From assembly GCA_002269645.1 (NCBI GenBank), contig NIVC01000563.1:62001-126000 (forward strand): DNA of 64,000 nt, read 5' to 3'. Positions within the stretch are counted from its first letter, which is position 1. Every line of letters begins with the position of its first letter. The DNA comes from Macrostomum lignano (taxonomy: Eukaryota). The translations under genes and the position numbers were made by a program. Under the pieces are notes generated by a model. It ran no database searches. It was given only the letters and a program-made list of their open reading frames with translations, and was not told where the DNA came from. Positions 55,201-64,000 of the stretch are shown here, in pieces.

Positions 55201-58200
55201 AGGATTGACATTCCTCCAGTGTTTACATTCCTCCAGGATTCACTTTCCCCAATTTTCACATTCCTCCAGGATTCACATTCCCCAATTTTCACATTCCCGC
55301 AAATTTCAAATTCCCCCTAAACTTTCGTGGGCCCGCGTACGCACTTGAGGAAAAGTACACATATTGTCTGATGATCAGGTAGTATAGAGGTAAGTAGGGT
55401 CCCAACAAGGTTCGCTTTCACAAGCTTTAAATTTCGAAAAGTTCGAAACTTGATAAACACCCCCAAAAAATTGGGAGTCCTACACCGACTTAATGCCTGA
55501 TACTTACATGCTAAGCCGGCCTGTCCTCCCCAAACCGTAGGTGCTCACCAGATGCGGCCTGCAGCACGAAACCCTGGAGGTTCAGCCCAGCCCGCAGTCG
55601 GCCGACCGGACCAGCTCGCAGCAGCAACAGCAGCCGCAGGGCCAGCAGCACACGCTCAACACTCTCATTCTCAAGGGCAACCGCCTCCGCTCCTGTCCCA
55701 AAGGCCTGTCCTGTCTGGTCTCGTCTCTGCGCCGTCTCGACCTGGGAGCCAATCAGATCACTGACGTGTCCCATATCTGGGATTTCCCTAGCGGATTAGA
55801 GAATCTGGATCTTAGCGGCAACTGTATTGACAGCCTGGAGGAATGGTGCCGCACGGACATTGTGCCGGATCTGTGCTTCCTCACCCAGCGATCCCTGTCT
55901 GAGCAGCAGCAGCAGCCTATGCCTAAAGGCTGTCAGCACAGGCAGCACCGGGTGCTCGACCAGCTCAAGGTGCTCAACTTGCGCAACAATCCAGTCAAGG
56001 TGTTGCAGTTCAGCATCGCTCCTGGCGGAGTCGGCCAGCCGGCTCCAACAGCTCCGCCGCCTCCATCGACGCTGCTGTTTCCGGCGCTGAATCAGCTGGA
56101 TTTGTCGCGCAATCAACACCTGATGGAGCTGCCTGACGATGTGTGCCGAATGGAACACCTGACCAGTTTAAGTCTGGCTTGGACTGCCATTCACCAGCTG
56201 CCGCCCAGCCTCTCCGGTCTGCATTGGCTGTCGCTGCTCGAGCTTGAAGGCTGCCCGCTTCAGGTACGTCTGACGTCAGAGCACTGTCACTCCAGTTACT
56301 GATAGTCTGAGCACTGTCACTCCATTTACTGATAGTCTGAGCACTGTCACTCTAGTTACTGATAGTCTGAGCACTGTCACTCAAGTTATTGATAGTCTGA
56401 GCACTGTCACTCCAGTTATTGATAGTCAGAGCACTGTCACTCCATTTACTGATAGTCTGAACACTGTCACTCCATTTACTGATAGCCTGAGCACTGTCAC
56501 TCCATTTACTGATAGTCTGAGCACTGTCACTCCAGTTATTGATAGTCTGAGCACTGTCACTCCAGTTATTGATAGCCTGAGCACTGTCACTCCAGTTATT
56601 GATAGCCTGAGCACTGTCACTCAATTTACTGATAGTCTGAGCACTGTCACTCCAGTTACTGATAGTCTGAGCACTGTCACTCCAGTTACTGATAGCCTGA
56701 GCACTGTCACTCCATTTACTGATAGTCTGAGCACTGTCACTCCATTTACTGATAGTCTGAGCACTGTCACTCCAGTTATTGATAGTCTGAGCACTGTTAC
56801 TCCAGTTACTGATAGCCTGAGCACTGTCACTCCAGTTACTGATAGTCTGAGCACTGTCACTCCATTTACTGATAGTCTGAGCACTGTCACTCCATTTACT
56901 GATAGTCTGAGCACTGTCACTCCAGTTATTGATAGTCTGAGCACTGTTACTCCAGTTACTGATAGTCTGAGCACTGTCACTCCATTTACTGATAGCCTGA
57001 GCACTGTCACTCCAGTTACTGATAGTCTGAGCACTGTCACTCCAGTTACTGATAGTCTGAGCACTGTCACTCCTTTTACTGATAGCCTGAGCACTGTCAC
57101 TCCATTTACTGATAGTCTGAGCACTGTCACTCCATTTACTGATAGTCTGAGCACTGTCACTCCATTTACTGATAGTCTGAGCACTGTCACTCCATTTACT
57201 GATAGTCTGAGCACTGTCACTCCAGTTATTGATAGTCTGAGCACTGTTACTCCAGTTACTGATAGTCTGAGCACTGTCACTCCATTTACTGATAGTCTGA
57301 GCACTGTCACTCCAGTTATTGATAGTCTGAGCACTGTTACTCCAGTTACTGATAGTCTGAGCACTGTCACTTCAGTTACTGATAGCCTGAGCACTGTCAC
57401 TCCATTTACTGATAGTCTGAGCACTGTCACTCCAGTTATTGATAGTCTGAGCACTGTTACTCCAGTTACTGATAGTCTGAGCACTGTCACTCCATTTACT
57501 GATAGTCTGAGCACTGTCACTCCAGTTATTGATAGTCTGAGCACTGTTACTCCAGTTACTGATAGTCTGAGCACTGTCACTTCAGTTACTGATAGCCTGA
57601 GCACTGTCACTCCATTTACTGATAGTCTGAGCACTGTCACTCCAGTTATTGATAGTCTGAGCACTGTTACTCCAGTTATTGATAGTCTGAGCACTGTTAC
57701 TCCAGTTACTGATAGTCTGAGCACTGTCACTCCATTTACTGATAGTCTGAGCACTGTCACTCCAGTTATTGATAGTCTGAGCACTGTTACTCCAGTTACT
57801 GATAGTCTGAGCACTGTCACTTCAGTTACTGATAGCCTGAGCACTGTTACTCCAGTTACTGATAGTCTGAGCACTGTCACTCCAGTTACTGATAGCCTGA
57901 GCACTGTCACTCCACTACAATCCGCAGGGTCGAGTCCAGGAGCTCGCGGCGGGCCGTGCCTTAACCAGGGAGATTTTGTCCTACTTAAAAAGCGTAAAAA
58001 CCGAGTCCCGACCCTACAACCAGCTCAAACTGATGGTGGTTGGCAACGCCAACATTGGCAAAACCACATTGATTAATCGACTGAGAAAGTTAGAAGGATC
58101 TGTTGGTAAGCGTCTTTAATAATCCTTTTTAAGCCCTATAATTGCTTTCTTAATCAGTTACCTACACGTCTTTCCTAAACGTTTTTTCAGCTTTTGCTTA

Positions 58201-61200
58201 AAACTTTACCTTGTAGCCATACCTAGTAGCTATATCTGTTACCCACGTATATCTAATAGCCATACCTAGTAGCTATATCTGTTACCCACGTATATCTAAT
58301 AGCCATACCTAGTAGCTATATCTGTTACTCACATATATCTAATAGCCATACCTGGTACTCACATATATCTAATAGCCATACCTGGTACTCACATATATCT
58401 AATAGCCATACCTGGTACTCACATATATCTAATAGCCATACCTGGTACTCACATATATCTAATAGCCATACCTGGTACTCACATATCTAATAGCCATACC
58501 TGGTACTCACATATCTAATAGCCATACCTGGTACTCACATATCTAATAGCCATACCTGGTACTCACATATATCTAATAGCCATACCTGGTACTCACATAT
58601 CTAATAGCCATACCTGGTACCTATCCCTGTCGCCTAATCCTCCCCAACAGGCAAGTCGGGCACCTGGGCCCACCGGCAAGGCATCGAGGACCCCAACCGG
58701 GACAGCGGCAAGATTTTATCGACAGTCGGCGTCGACATTGGCGACCTGGTGATGCGTAGGAAAGGCCACAGAATAGAGGAGATCGTATTTCGCACCTGGG
58801 ATTTCGGCGGCCAAAAAGAGTATTACGCAACGCATCAATATTTCTTATCTAAGCGAGCAATCTACCTAGTGGTGTGGGACTTGCGCACCGGCGACCGCGG
58901 CATGGAGAGCGTGCACCAGTGGCTGGTGAACATTCACAGTCGGGCGCCTCGGTCCTCAGTCATCATCGTCGGCACGCATCTGGACGCGCTGGACATTGAC
59001 GACAGACAGCTGAGGGAGCAGTACCTCCGGGAGAAGCTGGCCTATGTTGATCAGCGATTTATGCGAGTGAGGGAGCCAAGCAGTCTGGGCATTCCCATTG
59101 TGCGCCATCAGGTGAGATTCAATTATTGTTTGTATTCATCGCACCGATGTCTCAAGCTTGAATCCTAAGTTTCTCTTGAAGTATTTATTCCCTGTCTTGA
59201 TTACCGGCTGATTCTCCCTTTGGTTCCCCACTGTGATTCCCTCACTGTGATTCCCCACTGTGATTCCCCCACTGCAATTCTTCCCTGCGATTATCCCACT
59301 CTAATTCTCCCACTGTGATTCCCCCACTGTGATTCCCCACTGTGATTCCCCCACTGTGATCCCCCCACACTGTGATTCCCCCACTGTGATTCCCCCCCAC
59401 ACTGTGATTCCCCACTGTGATTCCCCCACTGTGATTCCCCCACTGTGATTCTCCCCACTGTGATTCCCCCACTGTGATTCCCCCACTGTGATTCCCCCAC
59501 TGTGATTCTCCCCACTGTGATTCCCCATTGTGATTCTCCCACTGTGATTCCCCCACTGTGATTCTCCCCACTGTGATTCCCCACTGTGATTCTCCCACTG
59601 TGATTCCCCAACTTTAATTCTCCCTGTGATTCTCACTGTGATTCCCCCCACTGTGATTCTTCAACTGTGATTCCGCCACTGTAATCCCCCTGTGATTTCG
59701 CCACTGTAATTCCCCCTGTGATTCCGCCACTGTAATTCCCCTGTGATTCTCCCAATCTAATTCTCCCACTGTGATTCTCCACTGTGATCCCTGTATTGTG
59801 ATTCCCCTGATGCGACCGCTTTTGCTTGGCGTGAAAGCGCAAAAGCCCTCCAGTTTGTTACACCTGTGACGAGAACTATTTTATTAATATGACGAATTCA
59901 ATAGTCTGCAGTGCATTACAAGAAGCAGATTCTAATAGTAAAAAAAGTAGCCGATGCATTAGGTTAAGATGAATTTCAATTCATTTCATTTTTTCAACTC
60001 CCTTTACAGATCCATTTCTCTCTAACTTTTTCTCCCATTCTTTTGTTCTCCCATTCTCCCATCCCACTCGCTGCCATGCCTCTCTTTTCCTGTTTTCCTT
60101 CCTTCCCCCATTTTTTCCCCATCCTCCTCAGGGAGACTTGTCTGCGTATCTTCAGTGCATAAAGTACGCATTGCATCTGACTTATTAAGAGTGCAAGTGC
60201 TATACATATTTTACTGGTATATAGGCTTTGCCAGCGATTTTTGTTCGGATTACATGCCTGGATGCTTTGGCTAGCGCTTGTGCACTTGATTTTCGTCTGC
60301 TTCAGCCTGATAGGATGCCACTTATGTACTTTTAATTGATCCTTGAGGGAAACAGTGAAAGCGACTGAGTTGCGCATTTAGTGAAATAAAAATACATAAA
60401 CTAGATAAAAATAAAGACAGAAAAATAAAAGATACAATATTGAGATAGACTCCGGATAGACTAAAGTAGAAGACCGGGATAGACTAAAGATGAAAGATCG
60501 GGATAGACTCTGAATAGACTAAAGATAGAAGATCCGGATAGACTAAAGATGAAAGGTCGGGATAGACTCTGAATGGGCTAAAGATAGAAGATCCGGATAG
60601 ACTAAAGATAGAAGATCCGGATAGACTAAATCTGAATAGACTAAAGATAGAAGATCCGGATAGACTAAAGATAGAAGATCCGGATAGACTAAAGATAGAA
60701 GATCTGGATAGACTAAAGATGAAAGGTCGGGATAGACTCTGAATAGACTAAAGATAGAAGATCCGGATAGACTAAATCTGAATAGACTAAAGATAGAAGA
60801 TCTGGATAGACTAAAGATGAAAGGTCGGGATAGACTCTGAATAGACTAAAGATAGAAGATCCGGATAGACTAAATCTGAATAGACTAAAGATAGAAGATC
60901 TGGATAGACTAAAGATAAAAGATCGGGATAGACTCTGAATAGACTAAAGATAGAAGATCCGGATAGACTAAATCTGAATAGACTAAAGATAGAAGATCTG
61001 GATAGACTAAATCTGAATAGACTAAAGATAGAAGATCCGGATAGACTAAATCTGAATAGACTAAAGATAGAAGATCCGGATAGACTAAATCTGAATAGAC
61101 TAAAGATAGAAGATCCGGATAGACTAAATCTGGATAGACTAAAGATGAAAGGTCGGGATAGACTCTGAATAGACTAAAGATAGAAGATCCGGATAGACTA

Positions 61201-63510
61201 AATCTGAATAGACTAAAGATAGAAGATCCGGATAGACTAAATCTGAATAGACTAAAGATAGAAGATCCGGATAGACTAAATCTGAATAGACTAAAGATAG
61301 AAGATCTGGATAGACTAAAGATGAAAGGTCGGGATAGACTCTGAATAGACTAAAGATAGAAGATCCGGATAGACTAAATCTGAATAGACTAAAGATAGAA
61401 GATCTGGATAGACTAAAGATGAAAGGTCGGGATAGACTCTGAATAGACTAAAGATAGAAGATCCGGATAGACTAAATCTGAATAGACTAAAGATAGAAGA
61501 TCTGGATAGACTAAAGATGAAAGGTCGGGATAGACTCTGAATAGACTAAAGATAGAAGATCCGGATAGACTAAATCTGAATAGACTAAAGATAGAAGATC
61601 TGGATAGACTAAAGATAAAAGATCGGGATAGACTCTGAATAGACTAAAGATAGAAGATCCGTATAGACTAAAGATAAAAGATCGGGATAGACTCGGGATA
61701 GACTAGAGATAGAAGATCAAAATAGACTAAAGGTATAAAATCGGGATAGACTAAAGATAGCAGATCAAGACGGATAGAGGTGACTGTTTACTTCATCATC
61801 AAAAGGCTAATATCTGCCCATCACCCTCGCAGATTCACGTGAGCTGCGTACGGGGCACAAATCTGCAGGCGCTGGCAGACATGCTGTTCGCCACGGCCAA
61901 GGAGCTCACACTGCCCGGCAGCCGCAGCAGCTACATAGTTGGCGAGTCCATACCGGCCATCTACATGGACCTGGAGACTGTGCTCCGCGAGCTGGCAGAC
62001 GAGCGGAAGAACCAATCGAAAGACCCGGTGCTGCCAGCCGAAGACTACGCCAGCGTAGTGCAAGATCGAATGCTCGACAAATTTGGCAAATCCTTTGCCA
62101 ACGCTAGCGAACTGATGCAGGCTACCGCCTTCCTGCACGATGTCGGATCTATATTGCACTTTAAGGTTAGATTGTTTATCGTGACAAGAATCGCTAAACA
62201 GTGATTGCCAACAACTCACTAGCGACTCTGGGGCGATCCTTGTGACTTTGTTTAACGACTCAAACGACTGTAATGCGACGGAAAGGCCCCTGATTCATTC
62301 TAGAAGCGCCCCAGAGTCGCAGACAATTAAACAAGGACAAGGACATCTCGTCTTTTTAGAGTCGTCTAGAGTCACTTCTTTCCTATTTTACCTGCGTTTC
62401 CTGCACCGGCCCTAAAACGACTGTGGGGCGACGCAAGTGATTCTGAGAAGCTTCTTGAACTTGCAGCAGAAGTCGACTACCGATATGTTGCGTTAATAGA
62501 CTTTTTGTCAATTTACCCTCCCTTAAGTTGGTAGTTGAATTCCTGCTGGCCTGTTCAGCAGCGAAAATTCTGGGCTGATTTTCGTGATTCAGTGATCTGG
62601 GTTCCGGAATTTTGGTCCGGAATTTTGATCCGGATTTCAGTGATCTGGGTTCCGGAATTTTGGTCCGGAATTTTGATCCGGATTTCAGTGATCTGGGTTC
62701 CGGAATTTTGGTCCGGAATTTTGATCCGGATTTCAGTGATTTAGTTTTGTTGTCAAAGCAAAAAATCCGGTCAAAAAATTGAGTTAATTATTTACATGTA
62801 GGCTTGTCTCAACCATAGAAGACATAATTATATTAATATTATCGGCAGCTACTGGTACTACTGTTAGCATAGGGCAGCTCTGCTGACCATCTGGCAGCTT
62901 GAAGTTAATTGCTTCCTCGCTATCTGTAAGTCAGCAGAGATCCCCTTCAAAATAAAAAAGTCAAATTCTTCTAAAGGGGGCCGTATCTCAGTGGTCTGGC
63001 GCGGTGCTCTGAGGTGCCAGCGGCCCAGGCTCGATTCCAAGTGCAGTCACATTAATTTAGGGCTGAATTGGAACCTCGGCTTGGCTCTGCTCGTGCAATT
63101 AACACCCTTGAGGGCCAACCCCTAAGGCACAGTAAAGTGTACATGCCTTACGATAAATAAAGTTAGGGCCGCTGTACACTTCTGTGTGTGTGCCTGTGCG
63201 TATGACTGCGTACGTATCCGCGCGCTTTTGTGCCTGCTCAAAGGAGTCGGTGGATTGGGCAGTAAAAGCTTAACTCTCCCTCATTCAGGATGTTGGTCTC
63301 CGGGACATCTACTTCCTTGATCCGCAATGGCTGTGCGACTTGCTAGCGCAGGTGGTCACCACGCCGGAAAATAACAAGTGGGTCCGTGGCGGCCTGATGC
63401 CAGTTGAGCATCTGCATTGGGTCTTTCACGGCAACAGCGGCGCCTGCCGGCCAGCGGAGATGAGGAGCTACATTGTCCGCCTGCTGGGCAAATTTGAGCT
63501 GGCTCTGTTG
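49286..63510 (+). CDS. Lrrk: Leucine-rich repeat kinase (Roco; LRRK1/Lrrk/LRK-1-like), 5' part; continues beyond the window
   Basis: Exons approx. 49286-49495, 50955-51204, 51767-52188, 52697-53097, 53859-54857, 55541-56263, 57928-58105, 58651-59111, 61833-62165 and 63289-63510; splice phases match from 51204 onward. ANK repeats (TPLYVAC, LPLHAAC), LRRs, ROC P-loop GNANIGKTT, STVGVDI, WDFGGQ, GTHLD, and COR FLDPQWLCDLLAQVVT. Confidence 0.92.
49595..50870. repeat. 36-bp minisatellite (gagccttggcatatgagctgtacttaatgacctcat)
   Basis: Direct tandem array in an Lrrk intron. Confidence 0.96.
51230..51750. repeat. 34-bp minisatellite (gtacactgtggccacaaccagccttaccccaatt)
   Basis: Direct tandem array, degenerate at its 5' end. 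Confidence 0.93.
53150..53795. repeat. 21-22-bp minisatellite (tctctaatccatgagaatcgc)
   Basis: Direct tandem array. Confidence 0.95.
54890..55320. repeat. Degenerate ~20-bp minisatellite (ttcacattcc core)
   Basis: Recurring atttcacattcc motif. Confidence 0.85.
56272..57912. repeat. 30-bp minisatellite (gagcactgtcactccagttactgatagtct), ~54 copies, filling nearly a whole intron
   Basis: Direct tandem array. Confidence 0.97.
58215..58622. repeat. ~27-29-bp minisatellite (ctaatagccatacctggtactcacatatat)
   Basis: Direct tandem array. Confidence 0.92.
59225..59810. repeat. ~14-15-bp minisatellite (ccccactgtgattc)
   Basis: Direct tandem array. Confidence 0.93.
60440..61770. repeat. Composite purine-rich minisatellite (atagactaaa/gatagaagatccgg/tctga subunits)
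   Basis: Higher-order tandem array. Confidence 0.93.
62570..62745. repeat. 48-bp tandem repeat, ~3.5 copies
   Basis: gatttcagtgatctgggttccggaattttggtccggaattttgatccg. Confidence 0.9.
62976..63270 (+). mobile_element. tRNA-derived SINE, family A, copy 2 (intronic)
   Basis: Aligns along its length with 10371-10640, including the GGCTCGATTCC box. Confidence 0.8.
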
Positions 63511-63631
63511 GTGAGGCTGCTTCCCTTTCTTAGATAGTCTCTATATTCTTCTAAGCAGTGCAAATGTGTCTGCATTTTTTATTTGCAACCTCTCGTCTTT
63601 GTGCTGTAATTTTGTTTGCTTTTGTTCCATT

Positions 63632-64000
63632 TTTCTCTCCGTCTCCCTCTCTCCGTCTCCCTCTCCGTCTCCCTCTCCGTCTCCGTCTCCGTCTCCGTCT
63701 CCATCTCCATCTCCCTCTCCGTCTCCCTCTCCGTCTCCATCTCCATCTCCCTCTCCGTCTCCATCTCCATCTCCCTCTCCGTCTCCCTCTCCGTCTCCAT
63801 CTCCATCTCCCTCTCCGTCTCCCTCTCCGTCTCCGTCTCCATCTCCGTCTCCATCTCCATCTCCCTCTCCGTCTCCGTCTCCATCTCCATCTCCCTCTCC
63901 GTCTCCCTCTCCGTCTCCCTCTCCGTCTCCCTCTCCGTCTCCGTCTCCGTCTCCGTCTCCATCTCCATCTCCCTCTCCGTCTCCCTCTCTGTCTCCATCT
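63632..64000. repeat. Pyrimidine-rich (TCTCCG/TCTCCA/TCTCCC)n hexamer satellite
   Basis: Strong purine/pyrimidine strand asymmetry to the window end. Confidence 0.95.

Noticed and set aside
59808-59852. CTGATG...GAAA with a hairpin, suggesting a second hammerhead
   Set aside because: Spacing and stems do not fit the hammerhead core; only a simple GNRA-capped hairpin is supported

Overview
Eukaryotic (invertebrate) genomic DNA. The GC-rich exons and minisatellite-filled introns suggest a flatworm such as Macrostomum, but this is inference. Host genes: MED21, GPALPP1, an orphan 3-exon gene, a thioredoxin-like gene, a SEC14/CRAL-TRIO gene, the homeobox gene NKX3-2/bagpipe, CABCOCO1, an intronless divergent Rpt3/PSMC4 paralog, and the 5' part of a Roco kinase gene (Lrrk: ANK-LRR-ROC-COR) that runs off the right edge. 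Mobile DNA: two near-identical non-autonomous Helitrons, two SINE families (one CORE-type), a truncated Penelope element with a minimal hammerhead ribozyme motif, several MITEs, and a three-level nest (hAT relic > 8-bp-TSD foldback MITE > very young full-length Ty3/Gypsy element, 28237-36705). The most striking observation is an extra uninterrupted ORF in the Gypsy element, between integrase and the 3' LTR (34470-35456). It encodes an HPD-intact DnaJ J-domain fused to an HP1-like chromodomain and an unknown C-terminal domain, and has a splice acceptor directly before its ATG. It is a candidate retrotransposon-encoded Hsp70-recruiting chromatin reader. A degenerate 28S rRNA fragment with its R2/I-PpoI target site scrambled lies beside an assembly gap. 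All domain calls come from motif recognition by eye; no searches were run.
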